From positions 9,834 through 73,833 of the forward strand of contig CAYRXW010000008.1 in the NCBI GenBank assembly GCA_964428335.1: DNA of 64,000 nt, read 5' to 3'. This stretch comes from an uncultured Methanosarcinales archaeon (GTDB lineage Archaea > Nanobdellota > Nanobdellia > Woesearchaeales > GW2011-AR15). The notes beneath the pieces are model-generated. The model saw only the letters and a program-made list of their open reading frames with translations. It had not been told where the DNA came from and did not search any database. Numbering within the stretch: position 1 is the stretch's first letter; the number at the start of each line of letters is the position of its first letter. The position numbers and the translations under genes are program-made. Positions 1 through 12,100 of the stretch are shown in pieces.

Positions 1-150
1 CATATCTTTTCGTTCATTATTTAGAATCCTAAAATTTAATTCAAGTTCTTTTCCTGGTTCAAAGAAAATTTCTTGGTATGCTGGGGCAATTCCAATGCCA
101 TAAACTGCAGGAATTAAAAATAATAGCAGCAAAAATAATATTTTTTTCAT
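1..150 (-). CDS. Partial CDS (N-terminus only, continues off the left edge): predicted secreted protein
   Basis: Too short in the window to appear in the ORF track. The reverse-strand ATG at 148-150 reads MKKILFLLLLFLIPAVYGIGIAPAYQEIFFEPGKELELNF..., a basic N-terminus plus hydrophobic core typical of a signal peptide. Its ATG overlaps the TGA stop (147-149) of the giant gene in an ATGA junction. Confidence 0.45.
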   Translation of the reverse strand, partial: MKKILFLLLLFLIPAVYGIGIAPAYQEIFFEPGKELELNFRILNNERKDM

Positions 151-3100
151 GGGCTCTCACCTATGATATATACTATTGTGCTTTTTCTTCCTGCGCCTTC
201 TGTTGTTGGAACAGTCACTTTAATGTCTATTTCAGCAGTATCTTGTGAATCCTGGTATTTTAAATGAGCAATAGCACTTTTGTTCTGCACTGTTATAGAT
301 GTAATATTTGTCCATGATGTTTGTGAAGATGTCCAGTTAAATGAACTGCTTTCTGTTGTATCATTGTCTATCTTGAACTGGAAATATGCTGTATTTAATC
401 CTATTGAAGAGAATAATGAATTTAGTGCACTTACATAGCTTATGTTAAGCCTTATATTTCCGTCATTTTGAACAATTAGAGGTGAGGCATTGCCATCAGT
501 TGAAACAATATCTCCATTTGATAAATTTCCAAAGTTCACTCTATTTGTTGTTAAGTTTAGTACAATTATTGGCTCTAATGTGAAATTCCATTTTTGCGAC
601 CATTGACCATATTCAGTCCCATCATATGCTCTGACCTGCCAGAAATACATGTTTCCAATGCAAAGCTCTGATTGAGCTGTGAAATTCAATGATGATATGT
701 TTCCGTAATAAAGGTTTGAACAGTAAGGTGAAGTGATATTTAATGTGTAATTTAATGGATCACTATCCAAATCATATGCTGCGTCCCATGTGAATCTTGT
801 ATATCTTCTATGAACTGTTGTGTTACCTGCTGTTGGTGTGCTTAAGTTAACTCTTGTTGGGGCTGTGTTTGTAGCTGAGATTATAACTGATGTTGAATTC
901 TTTGTCTGGCCATCTGAATAGCCGTCGTTTGGTGTGACTGAACATTTCCATTGTTCACCTAACGCAGTACTTTCTAATGTTATTATATTAGCTGTTTTAT
1001 TATTTAGGCCTGCTTTATAATTCTGGTAAATTTGGCCTGCTGATAATGTATAATTGTATATCTTGACTTCATCAATAGTTCCATTGAATACTGAAGCACC
1101 AGTATCGCTTGCTCCAATAGCAAGGAATTCCGGATCTGGGATAATATTTGTTACAGTAGCAAATGTATCTGTAGTACTATAAGTTCCATCAAAGTAATAA
1201 TCTATCTGATCAGTATTCATCTTGAGAACAAAAACAACATGATACCATCTGCCAGCTTGATTGAAAGTACCAGCCTGCTCCTGTTCAGAGGTTACGCCAT
1301 TTCCAATTTCAAAACCTAATGCATTGTTAGACAATGTCCTGATTCTATATCCTTTGAATGTTGTGCCATTAAAACTATCTAATAAGTAGGTTGTATCGCC
1401 AAGCTCTCTTCTTTTAAACCACATTTCAATACTGAAATTCTGTGAAAGATTATATGCAGGTATATGGGAAATAACTATATTATCATTTGTTCCATCAAAA
1501 CTATATCCTCCTCCGACCTTTCCTCCTGTCCTATTCCATGTAGCTCCAAATACCGTCCCTTTATTCCTGTATCCTGAGTAATCTGTAGCATTCCTTGATT
1601 CATTGCCATTGCCTTCGAACGGCATATATAATACAGTTGAAGACACTCCATTCTTATACCAATTTGTGATGTTCACAACTTTCTCACCATCTGCATCGCT
1701 GACACTTTGCCAGTTACATGTAAGGTTGCTGGTCGCATTAGGTAAGGTTGGTGTGATTGTTGGTGTACTTTGTGTTGGAATAGAATTGTTTATTGGTATT
1801 CTAGCAGTCTTGTTTGTTCCAAATAAGATTCCATCATATGGTTTCACAGTGCAGTTCCATCTCTCGCCTTTGGTGGTGTTCCCTGCACCTAGAGTTGTGA
1901 TAAGTGTATTGACACCGGAAGTCACGCTTGTTGTTCCGCTGAGTTTCAATGTGCTTGAGTTGAACCAGTACCAGTATGCTGTCAAAGAACTTGATTCCAA
2001 ATCAGTTGCTGTTGCATAGCATCCTATGTTTGAGGAAGTGTTTGCAGTGCTTGGGCTTAATGTAGGAGTAGTGATTAATGGGATAGAATCGATGGTCACT
2101 TTTGTCGAATTCTTTGTTATCCCATCACCATATCCATCGTTTGGAGTGACTGAACACATCCAACTATCATAAAGTGATGTATCGCTGCTGATTATTTTTT
2201 TGGGTGGATGGCTTAGCGTACCTGCCTGAAAATTAGCATAGATTTGCCTGTCGCTCAGGGAATGGTTGTATATCCTTACCTCATCAATGCTGCCATTGAA
2301 AGCGCCATCATTGGCCGAAACTGAATTGAATGCTGTCCCTATCCCTATCGGCTGGATACTATCATATCTTGGAATCGCTGTTGTTCTTAAACCTACGACT
2401 TTTGTACCATTCAGGAAAATATCCAAACTAGTCCCATTGAATCTCATCGCAGCATAATACCATCTATTCTGATTAAGATTCAAATCTGCCGTGACATTTA
2501 TGTTATTCCCAGTACTATACTCTTCATAACCTGCAACAAGATTTGTACCTGAAGAAAGAAAACCGAACATATAATTGGTATCCTTGTTATTGCCATCAGC
2601 TTCACCCCTACCTTTGGAGACAAATGGCTGCATCGACATGCTATTGGTGCCCATATTTGTGCTATCACCAGGTCCTTTATTGTTGAACCATAGCTCAATC
2701 GTGAAATTCTTTGTGCCAAGCGTGGCAGAATTTGCTATTATAATATAATTGTCAAGATTCCCGTCAAACTCATATCCCCCTCCTACCTTCCCTCCTGTCC
2801 TATTCCATGTCGCTCCAAAGACAGTTCCGTTATTCTCATATCCTGAATAATCAGTTGCATTCCTTGCTTCATTCCCATTGCCTTCAAAAGGCATGTATAA
2901 TAGGGTAGTGGATTTATTATTCTTATACCAATTAGTGATATTCATTGTTCTGTCACTGTCAGCATCACTGACACTTTGCCAGTTACATGTCAGATTACTT
3001 GTCGCATTTGGATATGTAGGAGTAATCGTTGGCGTATTATGTGTGGGCAGCCTATTTACCCAAAGGCTAGTATTTAGCCTATAATAATCTGAATATAATC

Positions 3101-6100
3101 CAGAACCACTTGGATCTACTGCCCGGCACCTTAGCCTTTCATATGTTTCATGTTTTGGATCTGATGCTAAGTTCCATGTAAGCGTAGTTCCAGCTGTATG
3201 ATTTCCTATTACTGTATAGTCATATTTCCTGTATTTTATATATAATATCGGTGCAGCAGCACTTTCGCCGTCATAAGATTCCATCTCTCTTACATCATAT
3301 AAATCATTAGATGAGTTGCTCTCACCGATGAATATTGCCATGTTGTTCCCGGATGACCATCCTGGCCTATCCACAATCTCCTGGATGATATCTCTTATGT
3401 TTGGAGTGGCATATTTTGTATTGACAGGGGTGAACTGCTGGCTGATTGCCCAGTTTACTTCTGAAGATGTCTTTTCCCTATTTGTAAGGTTTCCTGAACT
3501 TGCCGAGAAAGCTGGAGCAGAGTTTGTATCCTCTCCAAGCACATTCACGTTGAATTTTCCAGTCCATGTTGCAACATCAACTTCCATAGTAACATTGGCA
3601 TACAATATCTCTGCGCCTTGAGGTATATTTACACTTTGGAATCTCATACCAACCAACTGCCTGTTTCCATCAAGTCCTATTTCTAGGTCAGAGCTTGCCA
3701 GATCGACTGCGTAAGGACCTGGCTCAAATTCTTCAGCATCATCGTTTCCTGTATTTATCTGCTTGTTAAGTGTTGTTGTAGCATTATATGAAGATGCATT
3801 TCCTTTCTCTATTACATAGACTATGCTGTCTCCTAGGAAATCAGTGCTGCCTGAACAGTTTAGCACAATGGAATCAGAGAAAGAGTCTGCACAGCTTCCT
3901 TTGTTGCATGTCAAGGTGCTTGGAATTGTAGGTGAATTCTGTATGAATACTGATGCATTCTTCATCGTCCCATCTATATATCCATCATTAGGAATAACTA
4001 GGCATGCCCATTTTTCGTTTCCTGCAGTCCTTTCAGCAGATAATTTCCTATATGTTTTGTTGTTGAATCCTGCAATATATTCATCGTACACTTCAGTACT
4101 TGTCAGGCTATAATTATATATCTTGACTTCATCTATAGTGCCATTGAACTCATGGTCTATTGTTCCTCCGGATATCCTTGCACCTATAGTGATAGGATTT
4201 GTAGATGTTGAATACACTGGAGATACAAGGTCGCTGTCAATTAATACACCATTCACAAAAAGCCTGGTGACCCTGCCATCATAAGTTCCGGCAAGATGAT
4301 ACCATGAGCTGTTTGTCACATTGAAGGTAGTCGTGCTTACTGGACTATCATGCGCTTGGAAGAACACTACTTCAGTGGAATCATATTGAAGTGCAAATAC
4401 ATAGCTATCATCAGCAGAGTTTCTCTGCGTTACAATTTTCGCATTATCTTTTTGCCTTCTTTGTGGCTTTATCCAAGTCATTACTGTGATTGATTCTGTT
4501 GCATCATAATCAGAGCCAATGTCGATAATATCATCATTGCCATCGAATTCATATCCACCACCGATTTTTCCGATGCTCCTCCCAAATATTGCACTTGATA
4601 CATTCCCATTATTATTTAAGCCTGAGTAATCCTTTGTATATGTTGAATTGGAACCACCTTCAAATGGCAGATATACCAGCATAACTGATCTGTTGTTTTT
4701 GAGCCAGCTTGTGATATTATAGACCTTTTCTCCTTCAGTATCGGTTACACTCTGCCAGTTGCAGGTCAGGTTGCTTGTTGTGATTGGCGAGGTAGGTGTG
4801 ATTGTTGGAGTACTTTGTGTAGGAGCAGAATTATCAAGATATATTGATGTAGAGTTTTTCGTGACTGCTTCTTCATAACCATCATTTGGTGTGACAGAGC
4901 ACAGCCATTCTTCATCAGCACCAAGTTCGTTTGAAACTATTTTTTTCAAGCTTTTTCCGACAAGGCCTGCTTGGTAATTAGCTCTTATCTGCTGGGGAGA
5001 TAAAGAATGGTTATAGAACCTTACTTCATCTATGGAACCGTTCCACGAATTGCTTGTATAGTATGCACCACTTCCTATATGTATTGGGTTTTGCAGGTTT
5101 AAGACTTTTCCAGTTATAATTTCAGTATCTGCCTGTTCTATACCATTGACGAACATCTTGAGGATATGCCCATCATACCTTACTACAAGATGCACCCATT
5201 CATGTTTCGGTAAAGCTGAGTCGCTATATATCTGCCCGAAATCCGTAGTGGTATTGAGATCAAAGTAGATTTTCTGGTCTGCTGTGCTGTCAGTTTCAAG
5301 GACAAATGCCCTTTCTCTATTCAATACAGTATTGCCCTTTTCAATAATCCTATCCCAGTCACCTTTTGTATTTGCATATACCCATGTCTCTATAGTCAGC
5401 TGGTTCATGCCACCTAATTTTCCGTCATCTTCTATGGAAATATAATTGCTGTCTGTACTATAGAACCTATATGCCCCTCCAACTTTTCCCCCTGTCCTGT
5501 TCCAGTCAGCCAGTATCACAGTCCCATTATGTTCATGGCCAGAATAATCAGTCACATTATTCTCTTCATTTCCATTCCCTTCGAACGGAAGATAAAGCAG
5601 AGTAATTGATTTGTTATTCTTATACCAGTTTGTGATATTTATTACTGTATCATGGTTGATGTCAGAGACACTGTTCCAGCTGCATGTTAGGTTGCTTGAT
5701 ATGTTCGGACTGCTTGGAGTTATTGTAGGGGTATTATGAGTAGGTACGCTATTTATCCTTACGTAAGTAGAATTTTTTGTTGTTCCATCGATGTATCCGT
5801 CATTTGGAGTTACAGAGCAATACCAATGCTGTGATGAATCTAAATCTTCAGAGACAATAACTCTTGGTGTTTTATTATTTGAACCTGCTACATAATTTGC
5901 ATATATCTGTTGGTCTGAAAGTGCAATATTATATATCTTTACTTCATCTATTGAGCCGTTCCAGTAGTCGCCCCATGAAGTGTGTGCATCCACCCCTATA
6001 TGTAATGGTGTTCCGGATACATTTAGAACTTTTCCGGTGAATGCATTGTTATCAGACTGTCTTACTCCATTGACAAACACTCTGGTTTCTGTTCCATCAT

Positions 6101-9100
6101 ACCTTCCTACAATATGATTCCACTGGTTAAATGGCAGGCCTGAATTGCTGTAAGTGTTAGCTCCACCAGAATCTGTTGTCAAGTCAAACTGCAATCTTTG
6201 AGTTCCACTTTCAATTCTGAGTGCATAAGAAATATTTGTGTCTCCTGCACCAGCAGCTCCTTTTTCCAAAATTCTTGGATAATAACTGAAATTAGTACCT
6301 GTATATACCCATGCTTCAACAGTTAATTCAGACATCCCTCTAAGAGTTCTGTCATCTGGAATTTCTATGTAGCTTGAGTCCCCATCAAAATAATAATCTC
6401 CTCCTATTTTTCCACCGGTCCTGTTCCATATTGCATTGAATACAGTTCCATTGTTTTCATAACCTGAATAATCTGTTGCATTGTATTCTTCATTGTCATT
6501 GCCTTCAAAAGGCATGTATAATACTGTAATTGAATTATTGTTCTTGTACCAGTTAGTTATATTCAACACGTTGTTGTCTTCAGCATCTGTGATATTATTC
6601 CAGTTGCAAGTAATATTTGTAGTCATATTTGGATAGGTAGGTGTAACCGTAGGTGTGTTCTGTGTCGGAGCTGTGTTTGGTGTTATTGTCACAGCAGATG
6701 AAGATTTGGTTATCCCGTCCCAATAGCCATCATTTGGAGTCACAACGCAAATATATTGCTCATTTCCAACTAATTCATCATCTTTGATAATTCTATTTAT
6801 TTTGCCATTTACTCCTGCTGTATATGCTTGATTCACCTGAGCAGCTGAAAGCGAATGGTTATAGATTTTGATTTCATCAATGAGGCCGTCGAAATACCCA
6901 CCATCAGTTCTTCTCCCTATCTGGAGATTTCCTGATGTTCCTAGACCAAAGTCATAAAGGTCTTCATCTTCTCTAAGTACACCATTGACATAGAGATTAA
7001 CAGCATGACTGGAAGCAGTGTAAGTGCCTACGACATGGTACCATGTATTTGGCAGGTAGCCACTATTTATGTTGTCAGTTCCAATTATGTATTGTGTCCC
7101 ACCCTCATTCACTGAAAATGCGAATCCATATGCTTCAGAATCATCTGATGCAGGATCAGTGAGTGTCAATTGATATGCATTATTGGCATCTATCCTATTT
7201 ATCAGGATTCTCTGGTCTATAGAAGCAGTGCCTAAGAAATCATGTGGATAGACCCATGCTTCAAGAGTGAAGTCTCCGGGAAGGTTTAGTGTGCTGTCAG
7301 CTGGAATTTCTATATAATCATTAGTGCCGTCAAACTCATATCTTCCACCTACTCTTCCACCAGTACTGCTCCATATGGCTTCAAACACTGTCCCGTTGTT
7401 GTCATAACCTGAATAATCTGTTGCGTTTTTGTCTTCATTTCCATTCCCTTCAAAAGGCATATGGAGTACAGTGATGGATATATTATTCTTATACCAATTT
7501 GTTATATTCAACACCATATCGTTATCTATATCATCTGCATTGTTCCAGTTGCAGGTCAGGTCATTTGTGGCTGTTGGTGTAACTGGTGTTATGCTTGGCG
7601 TATCATGTGTAGGCGCAAGGCTTTGTATTGTCTTTAAAGCAGAACTAAATTCTGAATACGAGCTGCCATCATAAGTCCTTACTGTGCAGTTCCATACCTC
7701 TCCTCTTGTAGTGTTTCCTCTCCCAAGTGTTGTTATTAGTGCAGGGCTTCCTGCAGTAAGCCCTGATGTATTCCCTCCAAGTTCTAAGGTTGTTGAATTA
7801 TACCAGAACCATTCTACGGTTAAGGTTGAGCTTTCTGTATCATCTGGCGTTGCATAGCACTGGATATTTGAAGAAGTGTTTACTGTGCTTGGCAGGAAGG
7901 TTGGTGTGTTAATTGTCGGAGCTTCATTGCCACCCATGGTTAGATTAGTATCTAATGTATAATATTCTGAATTTGCTGTAGAACCAGTTACATCAATTGC
8001 ACTGCATCTCATTTTTTCATATACTTCTCCAGGTGTATCTAATCCTGTATTCCAACTGTAGGAGCTGCCTGCTGAATGGTTCCCTATCACAGTGAACGAA
8101 TATGCAACATCTGCAGATACATTTATATCATCTACCCAGCAGCCGTCAGTCCCTCCGGCAGTCCCGCTGTTGTCAGCTTCAGCTATCCATCTGAATGATA
8201 TAGGGTTACCGTCTGCTTCCTCTGGCAGAGTAACATTGACCTTAAAGAGTCCAAGGTTTCCTTCCCAGCAGGCATGGCCTGCAGATGGGCCATCGCAAAC
8301 ACCGCTATAGTCGCTTGTAGTTCCAACAATCATAGAATCATCTATAGTGGCCCAGTTATTGTCACCAATCTTATATTCAGCCCAGCATCCATCCCAGCCG
8401 TTTTCCATATTTACTCTTATCCAGAAATTCAAAGTCAGATTTTCAGTTATATCTGGTATGGTTATATTTGGAGACGTCAAGTATCCTGTATAAATGTCAT
8501 CCTCATTATCAATCCAAAATGCTCTTGTTGCGCTCTTATAATATCCATTTCCACCGTAAGTTGAATTCTGCCAGATGACTTTTGGATTATCTGTTGCAAC
8601 ATCACTATATGTACCATACGAGGCATTCCAATCACTCCAGCTGATGCTTTCAACATCCTCAAAGAATATCTCGCCATCTGTCAAACTTCCTTTCTCAACA
8701 ACATAAGTTATTGCGTTGCTTTCATTGTCAAAGCTTCCGGTGCAGTTGAGATTAATAGTCCCGGATGTGGTATAATTGCATAGTCCTCCATCGCAAAGCA
8801 GGGATGTAGGTGCAGTAGGCCTGTAGTTCCCATTTAGTGTTATTGTTGATATGCTAGAATTTTTAGTCTCACCATACTGGCTTCCGTCTGTAGGAGTGAC
8901 TCTGCAGAACCATTCGTCCCAAAGGGTGGTATCACTGCTACTTACCTGAATGGTCTTGTTGCTATATGTACGTATATAATTGAGATATATCTGCTCATCG
9001 CTGAGTGATTCATTATACATGCGCACTTCATCAATAGATCCATTCCAGTAATCGCTCCAGCTAACATATGCATCAACACCTATCATTATTGGATTTGCAA

Positions 9101-12100
9101 TATCTAGAACATCTCCACTGAGATATGAAACCTCTGTCTGCTTGACACCATTGATGAACATATTAATCTTTGTACCATCATATCTCGCAGCAATATGGGT
9201 CCATTGATTCTTAGGAAGTGCTGCATTGCTGTATATTTCAGCTGCTTGTGTTGTAGTGTTGAGATAGAAATACACTTTCTGGTCTGCAGAACCGTCTGTT
9301 TCTAATGCATAGGCGATATCTCTCCACCCAACAGCAGTATCGCCTTTTTGAAGTATTATTGCCCAGTTTGCTTTTGTTATTGGGTATACCCAAGTTTCTA
9401 TAGTAAGTTCTGACATGCCTCTAAGTATTGGACTATCAGGTATTGAGAGATATTCCCCTATCCCTTTATCAAAATGATATCCTCCGCCGATTTTACCATT
9501 TGTATTATTCCATTCAGCGCCATAGACAGTAGCATTGTTACCATAGCCAGAATAATCTGCAGTGATGCTGTCTTCATTGCCTCCATTTGTCTCAAATGGG
9601 AGATAGAGGAGCGTTATTGATTTGCCGTTCTTATACCAATTAGTGATGTTCACACCATAGTCATATCTCTCATCAGTTAGATTGTATAAGCATGTAAGAT
9701 TGCTGCTGTCTATTGGAATCCTTGGTGAAACAATAGGGTTATTAATCCATACTGGAGGATTATTCGCTGCTACTGTGACACGACTGGAATTTTTTCTAAT
9801 GCCATCATTATATCCGTCATTTGGAACAACTGAACAATACCACTGATCTCCTCCTATAAGCTCCTGATATGATAACTTCTTGTTGTTGTTTCCATTTGCA
9901 CCTGCAATATACTCCAGGTAGATCTGGTCAGGTGAAAGTGTAGCATTATAGTGCTTTATTTCATCAATCGTCCCATTGAACCTAGAAGTGGAAGTGGATG
10001 CTCCGCCAATTCTTAATGCTCCGCTGCTTGTATTGAAGGGCCCTGAATTATATGAATCAACATATGATCCATTGACATACAACCTGACTGTATAATCAGT
10101 ATCTATTGTTACAGCAAAATGATACCATTTATTTATTGCAATTGAATAGGGTGTACCTGGTCCATTAAGGTAATTTGTTGCGTTATAATATCTAAATTCT
10201 AGATTGTTTGATGTGCTGGTTATTCTAAGATGCCAAAGATCCTGAGAATTGCCTCTCTTATTAAGCATATACATACTCTCGCCTTTGCTTGCTGATGTTG
10301 TTGTTGAATAAAACCATCCCATAACTGTAAATGGAGGTCTGTCAAAGTAACTTTTTGCAGGTATTTCTATTATATCATTTGAACCATCAAATCTATAAGC
10401 TCCTCCAACCTTACCTCCAGTCCTGTTCCAGGTTGGCCCATTTGATGAAAGCCTTCCTTTATTGCCATTACCAGAATAATCAAATGCAACCTTGCTCTCA
10501 AGGCCATTTCCTTCAAAAGGCATGTAAAGGTTTGTAAATGATTTGTTGTTCTTGTACCAGTTTGTGATGTTCTTAAGTGTATCACCGTTTGAATCCAGAA
10601 TGCTGTTCCAACCGCAGGTCAGAGTGCTTGAGACATTTGGGCTGCTTGGTGTTATTATCGGTGTGCTCTGAACCGGGACTGAATTGTTATAATAGCCAAT
10701 CCTTACTTCAACAAAATCAACTAGACAACCTTCATTTGCATCCATGCTAACTCCACTACTCATGAGAACTATCTGACGGGATAGGTTCATCAGGTCTAAG
10801 ACACCAGACGTGTAATTGTATGTTCTTAAGACATCAGATGTTGATGATGTGTTATCTACAATTTCCATCCAATCTGCTTTTGTATAATTATATATCCAGT
10901 AATAGCAGTTTTCTCCATTGCCTGAAGCTTGAATTCTTCTCTGATCCATTGCAACATAAATCCAGTTTACTAGGCTTGGAGATGCGTTGGTTGAAAAATT
11001 AAACCTAGCAAATGGTTCTCTATTGATACCTGCTGCTCCTCTGGCACTAATATTAAGATAGCTTGCGTCATCATTTTTTAGAGCATTATATCCTGCAACT
11101 TTAACTTCATATGCGCCCCATCCTTCTGAACCTGTTGGATTTGTTGCTGTTGTAAAATCCCCTATAGAAATATTGGATACCTGATTGGTTGCATTTGATC
11201 TCATATATACCTTATTTGTAGCAGTATTTGAGAAATTAAGAATTTTTACATTAAACGGATGGCTGTATGAATCATTTATCTCCTGTTCATTACCAAGTGA
11301 GATGAACCTTCTGTTCATTGATTTATATGATGCATTTATCCAATCACCAGTTCTTGCAGTCTTTGACACTCTGACTTCATCCATGACACCATCCGAATCT
11401 CCAGGCCAAGAATCTGTTCCGCCTATCATAAATGAAGCAGTAGTTCCTGTCGGATCACTGGTTCTACCAGTAGTGCTGGTCTCTTTGCCATCTACATAGA
11501 TATAATCAATATCATTAGTTGAATCATGAACAACAGAAACAAAATGCCAAGTATCTGCTAAGATGCTAGATGCATCGCTAGTGATACTATAGTCAGTGGC
11601 ACCATTTCTATAGTAGAATGTCATTCTGTCATTCTCATCATAAAAGCCAAACCCACCATTTCCGCCTCTATTTTTTCCAAGCCAATCATTCCATCCGAAT
11701 GCTTCAGGCTTCACCCAGAAACTCACAGAAAAACTATTGGTTGTTTCTCCGTTTTTTGATGGGAAGCCTGATGCCAGGTTTGAATCGCTCCTATTGATAA
11801 GTCCAGGATTTGCTTCATCATCATCAACATCAATAGAACCTGCAACTTTTCCTGGGTTCGTATAGTGTAAAGTGCTTTTATTATTTAGGTGATTAGCATT
11901 TGAAGTTGAGTCTTGTCTTTGGCCGATAGAGCCATTTAGGTGCCAGACACCTTCATAATACTGATCCCATGTCCCGGTCTTGTTTTGGCCGTCTGATGCA
12001 GCTGAATTATTATAATACAGCCATATATAATCCAAATTCGAGGATTTTGTTATATTCGGGACTTTGACCCATAAAAAGGATTTTCCAGATGCATTCCAAT

